Shown: piece by piece, positions 1-7,724 of the stretch
Numbering within the stretch: the first letter of the stretch is position 1
How the letters are laid out: each line of letters opens with the position of its first letter
Notes under the pieces: generated by a model
The model's input: only the letters and a program-made list of their open reading frames with translations
Told to the model about the DNA's origin: nothing
The model's database searches: none
Position numbers and translations under genes: made by a program
NCBI GenBank assembly: GCA_051884875.1
Contig: JBJEWD010000020.1
Span: 101,011 to 165,010, forward strand
Direction of reading: 5' to 3'
Source of the DNA: Kiritimatiellia bacterium
Lineage (GTDB): Bacteria; Verrucomicrobiota; Kiritimatiellia; RFP12; UBA1067
Length of the DNA stretch: 64,000 nucleotides

Positions 1-787
1 CGGCCTCGCCCCGGACGATTTCGTCGTCGGGCGGATCGGCAAGACCGACTGGCCGCGCCTCCGCGCCGCCCTCGTCCCCGCCCTGCGGGCCTGTCCGCAA
101 ATCCGCCTCGTCTCCGTCGACGACTACGCGGGACGCGAGATGGACCTCGCCGACTGGCCGCCCGACGTCCGCAGCCGCATCGCGCGGATTCCCGTCCTCT
201 CCGGCCCGGACGCGCTTTCGGCCTTCTACTCGGCCTGCGACCTCACCGTCAGCGTCTCGCCCATCGGCGAGTCGTTCGGCTATGTCGTCGCCGAATCCAT
301 GGCGTGCGGCACGCCCGTCGTCGCCTTCTCCATGCCGCGAAACGACAACGCCCAGATCGAAATCGCCGCCGCGGCGTGCGGCAGCCACCCGGTGCGCGAC
401 GCGGCTGCGGCGGCGGACGTCATCACGGCGTGCGCGCGGCGTCCGCCGACGGCCGAGCAGAAGCGCCTTTGCCGCGAAAGCATCGTCCGGCGCTACGGCA
501 CCTCGACCTTCGCCCCCGCGCTCGAAACGGCCTACCGGCTGCTGGCGGCGGACCGTGCGCGCGGACGCGCCCTCGAACGCGCCTTCGCCGATGCCGGATT
601 CACGACGGACATCTCGGACGGCGAGATCGGCACAAGCCTCGCGTCCGTGCACGGCGGCGGGCCGTCGCCTTGGGAACGGGCCAAGATGCGGCTCGCCTAT
701 TCCCTTCCCAACGCCATGCGCATTCAGGCGATCTGCCGGCGGACGTTCCCAAGTCCCGTGCCAGAGGCGCTCAAGGAGCGAACATGA
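1..787 (+). CDS. Glycosyltransferase family 1 (GT-B), C-terminal part; 5' end lies outside the window
   Basis: Frame 2 is open from the window edge. The translation GRIGKTDWPRL...SPIGESFGYVVAESMACGTPVVA is a typical GT1 C-terminal Rossmann/EX7E region. The stop overlaps the next start (ATGA at 784-787). Confidence 0.8.
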   Translation, partial: GLAPDDFVVGRIGKTDWPRLRAALVPALRACPQIRLVSVDDYAGREMDLADWPPDVRSRIARIPVLSGPDALSAFYSACDLTVSVSPIGESFGYVVAESMACGTPVVAFSMPRNDNAQIEIAAAACGSHPVRDAAAAADVITACARRPPTAEQKRLCRESIVRRYGTSTFAPALETAYRLLAADRARGRALERAFADAGFTTDISDGEIGTSLASVHGGGPSPWERAKMRLAYSLPNAMRIQAICRRTFPSPVPEALKERT

Positions 788-1767
788 TCTACGACTGCTT
801 CAGTTTCTTCAACGAATTGGATCTCCTGGAGATCCGTCTGCGCACGCTTGATTCCGTTGTCGACCGATTCGTCCTCTCCGAATCGCGGTTTACGCATACC
901 GGAAAGCCCAAGCCGCTGTACTACCGGGAAAACGCCGCGCGGTTCAAGGCATTCGCCGACCGCATCATCCACGTCGTCGCGGCCGATCCCGAACCCCCGC
1001 GCGACGGCCCCGAAGACGAGGCATTCTCGTGGATGCGCGAAAACGCCCAGCGCAACGCGACCGTCGACGCCATCCTTCCTCGGCTCCGGGACGACGATCT
1101 CCTGCTCGTCTCGGATCTCGACGAAATCCCCTCTCCCCATGCCGTTCGCGCCGCCCGGCGACTGGGGCGCCCCGTCCGCTTCCGGCAACGGATGTATTAC
1201 TATTACGCCAACTACCGCAACTGCACCTCGCCCTACTGGTACGGGACCGTCGCGCTCACGTTCCGCGACTTCAAGGACGCGCGCACCTACCGGCATCTTG
1301 AAACCGGCCTTGCATTCCCTTCCTCGCGCCGTGCCGCGCCATCCGCCAGCAAAGTCCGCGCGCTGAAGACGATCAGGATCCTCCACGACGGCGGTTGGCA
1401 TTTCTCCTACTTGGGCGGTCTGCCGATGATTCGCCGGAAGCTCGCCAGCATCGTCGAAGGCTCGCTCGCCGGCGACGTTTCCGACGCGTTCATCGCCGAC
1501 TGCCTTGCCGGCGGGTACGACATCTTTCGCCGCGGCGAGCGGTATTTCGCGGAACCGGCCAAACGGGGCTTCCCTCCGGCGCTGGCGGATTTCCCCCAGT
1601 ACGTCTTCCCCGTCGACGCCGCCTATCTGCGGCGCGCCCGGATTCCGCGGCTGCTGGCCGCCCTCAAAGGACGCGTTCGCCCGATCGCCTGGCGCGTGCT
1701 GCCCCACTCCCTGGTCAGTTGGCTCGCACGCATGACGAATCCCGCGCCGTCGTCCCCCGGCGCCTGA
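784..1767 (+). CDS. Glycosyltransferase family 17-like (GnT-III-like beta-1,4-GlcNAc transferase homolog)
   Basis: The internal ATG at 784 gives MIYDCFSFFNELDLLEIRLRTL...VSDLDEIP, the characteristic GT17 N-terminal signature. The longer 304..1767 ORF overlaps the GT1 gene out of frame and is rejected. Confidence 0.75.
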   Translation: MIYDCFSFFNELDLLEIRLRTLDSVVDRFVLSESRFTHTGKPKPLYYRENAARFKAFADRIIHVVAADPEPPRDGPEDEAFSWMRENAQRNATVDAILPRLRDDDLLLVSDLDEIPSPHAVRAARRLGRPVRFRQRMYYYYANYRNCTSPYWYGTVALTFRDFKDARTYRHLETGLAFPSSRRAAPSASKVRALKTIRILHDGGWHFSYLGGLPMIRRKLASIVEGSLAGDVSDAFIADCLAGGYDIFRRGERYFAEPAKRGFPPALADFPQYVFPVDAAYLRRARIPRLLAALKGRVRPIAWRVLPHSLVSWLARMTNPAPSSPGA

Positions 1768-1780
1768 AGAAGCCGTTCCT

Positions 1781-2401
1781 TCAACTGTTGACGGCGCGGA
1801 TGACCCCTCTCCGAAAGTACGGATGGCGAAGACCGTTCATGGTCGGCAGCATCCACCCGTCGGAATACGACACCCGAAATCCCGCCTCCTCCAGCAGCCG
1901 CGACAGCACCTCGGCATCATCCGGACGATGGTACGCGCAACAGGCGATCCTGGTCTTCCGACGCTTGAGAAAGTCAATCGATGCGCCGAGGATCTGCCGT
2001 TCGGAACCCTCGACGTCAAGTTTGACGAAGAGGCTTGCTTCCGCCGGCAACTGGCTTAACGCGTCCGAAAGTCGCGTTTCCCTGCCGCACGTCCGATCCG
2101 AAACGAACTTGTTGACGATCCGAACCTTGTCGCCAAACGGCGCAAACGTTTTCTCCAAAGGACGTCTCCAGCGTCGCTCGCACTCGAACAGATAAACCTG
2201 GCGGGCCTCGCGAACGCAATTCAGTGCGAACAGGCCTTCCGCCGCGCCGACATCGACGACAACGGAACCGGGCTCGACATCAAAATCGGCCGAGACGTAA
2301 CTGTGCGGCGAGCATCGCCGCACGCCCGAGCCAAGAATGCCCTCGTCGTTCATCCACCAGACGATTCGCAGCCTCCAACGGATGCCGCAGACACCACCCA
2401 A
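1781..2401 (-). CDS. FkbM-family SAM-dependent methyltransferase
   Basis: VVDVGAAEGLFAL (SAM-binding G-loop), ...FVKLDVEGSERQIL... and CCAYHRPDD are typical Methyltransf_21/FkbM motifs. The start at 2401 is TTG with AGAAGG upstream; an alternative ATG lies at 2353. Confidence 0.75.
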   Translation of the reverse strand: MGGVCGIRWRLRIVWWMNDEGILGSGVRRCSPHSYVSADFDVEPGSVVVDVGAAEGLFALNCVREARQVYLFECERRWRRPLEKTFAPFGDKVRIVNKFVSDRTCGRETRLSDALSQLPAEASLFVKLDVEGSERQILGASIDFLKRRKTRIACCAYHRPDDAEVLSRLLEEAGFRVSYSDGWMLPTMNGLRHPYFRRGVIRAVNS

Positions 2402-2450
2402 GATACCTTCTCGTCAAACTCTAGCATCTTCGATTCCCTCCTTTGAAAAT

Positions 2451-3767
2451 CTAAAAACCGGTGAAAGTTCCTGCCGGTGCCAAAACCGCCGCCCGCGTCC
2501 AAGCCTCGACCTCGGCGAACGTCACGCCGCGATAGCCGATTGCGGCCGCGCCATCGCCCGCCAGCGCCTGGGCGAGGCGGTTCAGGACGAGCGCGTCGCG
2601 CCGCGTCATCGGCTTTTCGCCCGGCACGTGCGGCCATGCCGCCGGCGCGAGCAGAAGAAGCCGCCCCGCCGCGCAGGCGTCGAAATAACGCCCTCCCGGC
2701 TTTTCAAGCGGCGCGAAGCCCTTGTTGCGCAAGACGACGAGCGGCAGGCCTTCGGCAAACGCCCGCCGCGCGACTTCGCGTTCGCCCTCGCTCACGCACG
2801 GCGAGAGCAGGACCGCGCCCTGCCGCGCCCGCGCGAGAAGCGCGTCGCACGTCGCCGCAAACGCCGCGCTGGCCTGGGCAATGCACGGCGCGCCCGCCGC
2901 GTCGCGCGCGATCTTCAGGCCGCCTCCCGCTTTCGGCACGCGCCGGTACGCGAAGTCGCGCCGCGAGATCTGCACCTGCACGAGCGGGCGGTCGAGCAGG
3001 AAGCGGTTGCCCAGCGCCGCGAACGCGCCAACGCCGCCCAGCCCCGGCAAGGGCCGCCGCAGAACCCCGGCGGCGCGAAAGAGGTCGGGGTGAAGCCGCT
3101 TCACCGCAAGCCGGCGCGGGTTGTCGCGCAAGTAGCCGAACATCGCGTCGAGCTGCCCCGCGCGAAAAAGAATCGAATCCTGGAAGCCCGGCGCCCACAG
3201 ACGGGGGAGACCGGGGGCTTGCGCCCCCGGCACGGAACAAGAGCCCCCGCCTTTCGCCCCCAAACCGCGCAACGCCACGCCCGCCGCCTCGCCTACCGGG
3301 GGCGCCTTGCCTATCAAAGCCGCCTCGTCTATCGAAAGCGCATCGCCTATCGAAAGCGTCTTATCCTGCGCCAGAGGCGCGTCGCCTACCAAAGGCGTCT
3401 TGTTCTGTGCCGGGGGCGCAAGCCCCCGGTAAATTTTCTCGCAGCCCGTCTTGAAGCCGCCAATCGCATTGCCGAGCGGCTTCGCCATCGGCCGCAAGAC
3501 CTCAAGAATGCCGTGCAGATGGTCGGGCATCAGCTGGCAGAAGAGCGGCCGGATTTCGCTCGTGAAGGCGCCCAGCCGCTTCCAGTGCGCGAGAATCGCC
3601 TCGCCCAGCGCGCTCGGCTCGACGTGCGCCGCCACCGCTTCGGGTGCCGCCGCCGGGTCGTCGATCACAAGCCGTCCCAGCAGCGGGCGCCGCCGGTCGG
3701 CCTGCACGAGCGTAATCTGGTAGATCGCCCGCGCGCGGTAGTCCCAGCCGTCGCACCGCCGCGTCAT
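2451..3767 (-). CDS. IS200/Y1 HUH transposase-like (RAYT-like) protein with an in-frame repeat insertion and an uncharacterised C-terminal extension of about 200 aa
   Basis: MTRRCDGWDYRARAIYQITLV..., the HUH motif LMPDHLHGIL, ...GGFKTG..., then WAPGFQDSIL....MFGYLRDNPRRL (the Tyr-containing YxxxNP helix of REP-associated tyrosine transposases). The start is taken at ATG 3767; the ORF is open up to 3869. Confidence 0.6.
   Translation of the reverse strand: MTRRCDGWDYRARAIYQITLVQADRRRPLLGRLVIDDPAAAPEAVAAHVEPSALGEAILAHWKRLGAFTSEIRPLFCQLMPDHLHGILEVLRPMAKPLGNAIGGFKTGCEKIYRGLAPPAQNKTPLVGDAPLAQDKTLSIGDALSIDEAALIGKAPPVGEAAGVALRGLGAKGGGSCSVPGAQAPGLPRLWAPGFQDSILFRAGQLDAMFGYLRDNPRRLAVKRLHPDLFRAAGVLRRPLPGLGGVGAFAALGNRFLLDRPLVQVQISRRDFAYRRVPKAGGGLKIARDAAGAPCIAQASAAFAATCDALLARARQGAVLLSPCVSEGEREVARRAFAEGLPLVVLRNKGFAPLEKPGGRYFDACAAGRLLLLAPAAWPHVPGEKPMTRRDALVLNRLAQALAGDGAAAIGYRGVTFAEVEAWTRAAVLAPAGTFTGF
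3211..3230. repeat. REP-like GC-rich palindrome ccgggggcTTGCgcccccgg (8-bp stem, 4-nt loop)
   Basis: Exact sequence read from the window. It is the reverse complement of the copies at 3410 and 3858. Confidence 0.9.
3291..3401. repeat. Degenerate 18-bp tandem repeat (gcctaYcRaaRgcgNNtc, about 5 units)
   Basis: Units gcctaccgggggcgcctt / gcctatcaaagccgcctc / gtctatcgaaagcgcatc / gcctatcgaaagcgtctt... / gcctaccaaaggcgtctt. On the minus strand they encode hexapeptide-periodic PLVGDAPLAQDKTLSIGDALSIDEAALIGKAPPVGE. Confidence 0.7.
3410..3429. repeat. REP-like palindrome ccgggggcGCAAgcccccgg
   Basis: Exact sequence. It is in inverted orientation relative to the 3211-3230 copy, and the two copies bracket the repeat-rich insert. 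Confidence 0.9.
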
Positions 3768-3834
3768 GCGGCGCTTCACCTCGCAACGGACGTCAGGCAC
3801 GCGCCCACCACCTTTCCCAGCCCGCCGCGCTGTG
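3537..3834. repeat. Tandem duplication, copy A (298 bp, identical to 3889-4186)
   Basis: Base-by-base comparison of the two stretches shows no differences. The period is 352 bp. Confidence 0.9.
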
Positions 3835-4119
3835 TGCCGGGGGCGTCCTGTCCTGTGCCGGGGGCGCAAGCCCCCGGTAAATCTTCTCGCAGAAGAGCGG
3901 CCGGATTTCGCTCGTGAAGGCGCCCAGCCGCTTCCAGTGCGCGAGAATCGCCTCGCCCAGCGCGCTCGGCTCGACGTGCGCCGCCACCGCTTCGGGTGCC
4001 GCCGCCGGGTCGTCGATCACAAGCCGTCCCAGCAGCGGGCGCCGCCGGTCGGCCTGCACGAGCGTAATCTGGTAGATCGCCCGCGCGCGGTAGTCCCAGC
4101 CGTCGCACCGCCGCGTCAT
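3793..4119 (-). pseudogene. Truncated duplicate of the RAYT-like N-terminus that lacks the HUH motif
   Basis: The product is identical to residues 1-77 of the 2451..3767 protein and then jumps to EKIYRGLAPPAQ. A 96-nt deletion between GCAG microhomologies removes QLMPDHLHGIL...KTGC. The frame then reads into the duplicated 3' end of the DUF5672-like gene (HSAAGWERWWARA*). Confidence 0.6.
3858..3877. repeat. REP-like palindrome ccgggggcGCAAgcccccgg in the duplication junction
   Basis: Exact sequence. The flanks ctgtgccgggggcgcaagcccccggtaaatYttctcgcag are shared with 3405-3444. Confidence 0.9.
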
Positions 4120-4186
4120 GCGGCGCTTCACCTCGCAACGGACGTCAGGCACGCGCCCACCACCTTTCCCAGCCCGCCGCGCTGTG
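3889..4186. repeat. Tandem duplication, copy B (298 bp)
   Basis: Identical to 3537-3834. It contains the true 3' end of gene 4145..4927 and the 5' part of a RAYT-like copy. Confidence 0.9.
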
Positions 4187-4927
4187 AAAGCCCAGCGGCG
4201 GCCCGTCCGCCGGCATGAACGCATCGTTGTGCTCGATCGAGAACCGCCCCGCCACGTCGGGCGGCGCGAAGCGAAAGCGGGCGCGAAAGCGCGCCGACAG
4301 GAACCGCAGCGTCTTGCAATAGAACGTGTCGTCGCCCGTCAGCGGCCAGAAATAAGGCAGACGGGCGAACCACCGACGATAGGTGCGGGCCGCCGCCCGG
4401 CAGATTCGCCGCGACCGAAGCGAAAAGCCGCCGTTCCCCACGCACCACGCCGGATAGGGATACCAGTCGAACCACGTCGTATGGCGCACGAACGGCGCCC
4501 CGATGTAATCGTAGCCGGGCGCGAGGAATTCCTCCAGCCCTTCGCGCAACGGGAAGCCGTCGTCCTGCACGATCAGCACATACGGCGTCGCGAAGCGCGC
4601 ATACAGACGCAAGTCGCAGTCGATGCTCATTGTGGCCAACCGCCCCGGTACGAGCGTCGGCTCGACCTGGACCTCGACCCACGGATGGTGCGCCGCGAAC
4701 CGCTTGACGCACTCGTGGGCGGCATTGACGACAATCGCCGTCTTCAATCTGCCGCAATGCCGCCACGTCTCGCGAAGCGCGCCCTGGAAGCGCGGCCACT
4801 CCGCCGCCGCACGCTCTTCGCTCCAGAAGAAATACATAAGCGCGGTAACGCTCGCGGGACCCTCGCGAAAGACCTCGCCGCGATCCTCCGCCGCCCGGCG
4901 CGTATAGTCCAACAGTCGCATCATCAA
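4145..4927 (-). CDS. DUF5672-like protein (putative glycan-locus glycosyltransferase-like protein)
   Basis: YDYIGAPFV....WCVGNGGFSLRSRRI matches the remembered DUF5672 GNGGxSLR signature. It lies within a glycosyltransferase locus. Confidence 0.65.
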   Translation of the reverse strand: MMMRLLDYTRRAAEDRGEVFREGPASVTALMYFFWSEERAAAEWPRFQGALRETWRHCGRLKTAIVVNAAHECVKRFAAHHPWVEVQVEPTLVPGRLATMSIDCDLRLYARFATPYVLIVQDDGFPLREGLEEFLAPGYDYIGAPFVRHTTWFDWYPYPAWCVGNGGFSLRSRRICRAAARTYRRWFARLPYFWPLTGDDTFYCKTLRFLSARFRARFRFAPPDVAGRFSIEHNDAFMPADGPPLGFHSAAGWERWWARA

Positions 4928-4999
4928 ATCCTGAACAATGCGGGGAACTGGCGTTCCGGCCGGTTGAAGCCAATCAGCAAGACCGGCGCGCAGACGAAC

Positions 5000-5185
5000 T
5001 CACCCATGACGCAACCTCCACCACGCACCCTCGGCCAGATAGAGCGGGTATTCCAGCGCGATTTTCAGATGGTCGCCCAGTCCCGGCCGACACGGCTTCA
5101 GATTCTTGATGAACGGCGAGATCCGCGCCGCGTCGCGCACCCCGCGCATCCGGTGCATTTCATGGTCGATGAAAAGGAGTTTCAT
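5000..5185 (-). CDS. Small hypothetical ORF, possibly a remnant of a GT N-terminus
   Basis: MKLLFIDHEMHRMRG... starts 17 nt after the upstream stop. No recognisable domain; weak call. Confidence 0.25.
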   Translation of the reverse strand: MKLLFIDHEMHRMRGVRDAARISPFIKNLKPCRPGLGDHLKIALEYPLYLAEGAWWRLRHG

Positions 5186-5202
5186 TGCCGTCTGCGCGCT
5201 TT

Positions 5203-6225
5203 TCACCAATAGGCCCCTCCTTCATGGCAACGGTAGTTCACCGGCCGTTCCGCCTCGCCGGGGCGCACCCAGAATTCATTGTAGAACCGGCTATATGGGC
5301 CGCCGTCCCAACGCCCTCCCCGGATTCCGAATAGCAATTGCGTGACCCCGCCCAGATGGACGGCCTGCTTCCCCAGCGTATTCTTGACAAACGCCCCGAT
5401 GGACATGCCATAGGCGCCGCAACCGATCAGGGCGACGTCGAAGTCCATCTTCGCGATGTCCGCGCACATCGCGTCCAACGCCTCGAACCAATCGGCGTAT
5501 GGCGTCTGCAGCCCGAGGAACGACGTGACCGGACGATAGGTCGATAATTGAAACGCCGGGAGAACCGCAGGATCCGCGAACAGCTTCTCCCGGCGCGTGT
5601 ACTGCGAGACAATCGTCTGGCAAAACGGATGCACGACGAGAACGCGCCGACCGGCCAACGCCGCACTCCAAGGGTTCCGGTACGCGAACGCATCCAGTCC
5701 CGTCAGATCGATCGCCTTGCATTGCGGGAAAAGCTTTTTCTTCAGTTCTAGTTCGCGTGCATTCCACGACCCCAGCACATCCACCGACCGCACATCGTCC
5801 AACACACGTTCCGAGAAGCGCATAAGCGTCGCATCGTCCGCCGGGAAGACGCCCGTCGTGCGCAGAAGATTGGCGCGAATCGAGTTGTCCCACCAAAAAG
5901 GCCCGGAAGCCCCCGTCAGCAAACCAAGCGCCTTTCGAGCGACAGACCAGCGCCGCGCGATATCATATCCCCGCAAAACCGCGTCCAGTTCCACGCACCC
6001 GAACCGGGCAATCAGACAGGGTTGCCCGCGTTCCAGCACTCCCCGGACGAGGTCGTTGGCGGCCTGGCCTTCCGCATCCGGAGGAATCGGCCGATGGTCG
6101 TTGATTCCGTTCAGGATCCGCGAGAAGACAAGCCTCTGCGCCCAGATGATTCCGCGCGTCAGATACGCGCGCAAATTCATCGGGTAGCCAAAATCGTCGC
6201 CTTGTTCGTCTTTCCGCACCTTCAT
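5203..6225 (-). CDS. Putative GT-D/DUF1792-like glycosyltransferase (tentative)
   Basis: The ATG at 6225 overlaps the upstream stop (ATGA). LIARFGCVELDAVLRG resembles the RFGDGE motif of DUF1792/GT-D enzymes, and there is a C-terminal IGCGAYGMSIG segment. The function is tentative. Confidence 0.6.
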   Translation of the reverse strand: MKVRKDEQGDDFGYPMNLRAYLTRGIIWAQRLVFSRILNGINDHRPIPPDAEGQAANDLVRGVLERGQPCLIARFGCVELDAVLRGYDIARRWSVARKALGLLTGASGPFWWDNSIRANLLRTTGVFPADDATLMRFSERVLDDVRSVDVLGSWNARELELKKKLFPQCKAIDLTGLDAFAYRNPWSAALAGRRVLVVHPFCQTIVSQYTRREKLFADPAVLPAFQLSTYRPVTSFLGLQTPYADWFEALDAMCADIAKMDFDVALIGCGAYGMSIGAFVKNTLGKQAVHLGGVTQLLFGIRGGRWDGGPYSRFYNEFWVRPGEAERPVNYRCHEGGAYW

Positions 6226-7295
6226 TGCCGCTCTCCTCCGCGCATGTCGTCGTCCACACGGACGCAATCCGCGATCCGCCCTCTGAAATAGGCGTCGAAC
6301 TGCGCGGCGATCTCGGCCCAGGAATAGACGGGGATCTGCCGCGCGGCGTTTTCCGCCAGCCGCCGGCAGAGGGCCGGATCGTCCGCCAGCCGCCGGACGA
6401 GCGGCGCGTAGTCGCCATCCGTCGCCAGCAGGGCGTTTTCGCCGGCCTTGAAGAAATTGTCGGCTTCGCCGTGCAGGGCCAGAATCGGCTTCCGCCAGCG
6501 CAGATACTCCTGCAGTTTCGCGTTACAGTCCTGGTTGGAGGTGCAGACGAAGGCGTCGGCCTGGCTCATCACCGCGCGTTGTTCGTCCTTCGAGAGCCAG
6601 CCGAGCGAGATGCAGTTGTCGGAAAGGTAGGGCTTCAAGTAGTCCTCGTCGCGCCCCGTCATGTAGAGCTTGATGTCGCGCGGCAGTTCGCGCATGGCGC
6701 GGCAGATGTCGGCCGTCCGCTTCCACTTCGCCTTGTCGCCCGTGTAGACGAGCTTGAAGCGACCCTCGAGGCGGATCGTCCCCTTCGCGGCCTTCGGATC
6801 GACCGGGTCGGCCCCGTTCGGGATGTAAGCGCAGTCGACGCCCCACGCGCGTCCCCGCTTCTGGAGCGCGTAGCTCAGCGTGACGACGGCATCCGAGCGT
6901 TTGACCAGGAACTTCTGCACGATCGTCATCAACGCCTTTCCCGGCCAGCCGAACAGATCGTTCCAGATGCGCTCGTAGGGGTCGTCCCAGCCGTGCACGA
7001 CCAGGAACTTGCGATGCCTGCAGACGATCCGCTTCAGGAAAATCGGCCAGATCGCCGAAGTCGACCCGTACGTGTAGACGACGTCGGGGCGAAAGGCGTC
7101 GATCTCCCGCGCCAGCCGAAACGGATTGCGCGTATCTTTCCATCCCAGCCAGGCCACCGTCCAGCCCAGACGCTCCAGATTGTAGCCGATGGCGTCGATA
7201 CTGTACGGCGCGGCGGCCAGATGCCCGGCGGCGGACGTTCCCTTGGCATACCAAGGAGCACGGGTGGACGAGACGAATAGGATTCTGCCCTGCAT
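6222..7295 (-). CDS. Glycosyltransferase family 4/1 (GT-B)
   Basis: MQGRILFVSS... is a typical GT4 start, and the C-terminal part LSKDEQRAVMSQADAFVCTS...KLQEYLRWRKPILA is GT1-like. The ORF is open to a GTG at 7430, but a sigma70-like promoter at 7421-7450 sits downstream of that codon. Confidence 0.75.
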   Translation of the reverse strand: MQGRILFVSSTRAPWYAKGTSAAGHLAAAPYSIDAIGYNLERLGWTVAWLGWKDTRNPFRLAREIDAFRPDVVYTYGSTSAIWPIFLKRIVCRHRKFLVVHGWDDPYERIWNDLFGWPGKALMTIVQKFLVKRSDAVVTLSYALQKRGRAWGVDCAYIPNGADPVDPKAAKGTIRLEGRFKLVYTGDKAKWKRTADICRAMRELPRDIKLYMTGRDEDYLKPYLSDNCISLGWLSKDEQRAVMSQADAFVCTSNQDCNAKLQEYLRWRKPILALHGEADNFFKAGENALLATDGDYAPLVRRLADDPALCRRLAENAARQIPVYSWAEIAAQFDAYFRGRIADCVRVDDDMRGGERQ

Positions 7296-7420
7296 CAGCG
7301 GTCCCAGGCAAGCGGAGTCGCGCCAAACCCGGCGAACCAAGCCGACGCCCGGCGTGCCAAGCGGCCCGTCGGATGATAACGCCTGCAATTCTCGGTCGAC
7401 CTTGCCTTGCTCATATCGGC

Positions 7421-7450
7421 AGTATATCACAATCTACGCATCTTCATCAA
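7421..7450 (-). promoter_or_regulatory. Candidate sigma70-type promoter (TTGATG-18-TATACT) for the GT4 gene
   Basis: The minus strand reads TTGATGaagatgcgtagattgtgaTATACT. Confidence 0.3.
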
Positions 7451-7633
7451 TGTTCCTCTGACTCTATCCTCCACCGCCGAAGTGTAGCTTTCAGTGGTTT
7501 CTGGTCTGAGCGACGGCAACCCCGCCCGTGAGGACGGATGGAGCCGTCCCCGCAGGGGCGTTGTGAAGCGGCGAGGCGGTCCTCTATCGTTCCCCTGCCG
7601 ACCCATTGCAACGCTCCCGCTTCAAACTCATCC

Positions 7634-7662
7634 TTTACAGGAGCACGGCACTGTGGTAGATT
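7634..7662 (+). promoter_or_regulatory. Candidate sigma70-type promoter (TTTACA-17-TAGATT) for gmhA
   Basis: The plus strand reads TTTACAggagcacggcactgtggTAGATT, about 60 nt upstream of the gmhA ATG. Confidence 0.4.
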
Positions 7663-7724
7663 ATGTGCCAATCGCCCAGAGCGAGAAAGGAAACCGGGAT
7701 GCGCCCGGACGGAGCCCCAAGGAT

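Noticed and set aside
304-1767. Long N-terminal extensions of track ORFs: 304..1767, 11270..12391, 21500..22786, 23661..25193, 24899..25924, 27617..28459, 28035..29426, 29156..30406, 44732..48823, 59447..60601 and 61160..62269.
   Set aside because: The extensions overlap the upstream gene out of frame and are Arg-rich nonsense. Internal starts reproduce canonical N-termini and give ATGA/GTGA stop-start coupling.
3211-3877. The GC-rich hairpins considered as rho-independent terminators, and the 18-bp repeats considered as a CRISPR array.
   Set aside because: The hairpins lie inside an open reading frame and lack U-tracts. The repeats are contiguous, degenerate and spacer-less, so they are not a CRISPR array. 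No cas genes are present.
7431-7633. A possible riboswitch or ncRNA in the 430-bp divergent region upstream of gmhA, suggested by GC hairpins such as ggacggATGGAGccgtcc and ccccGCAgggg.
   Set aside because: The stretch lies upstream of the best gmhA promoter candidate. No known riboswitch consensus was recognised. The hairpins are short and expected by chance in GC-rich DNA.
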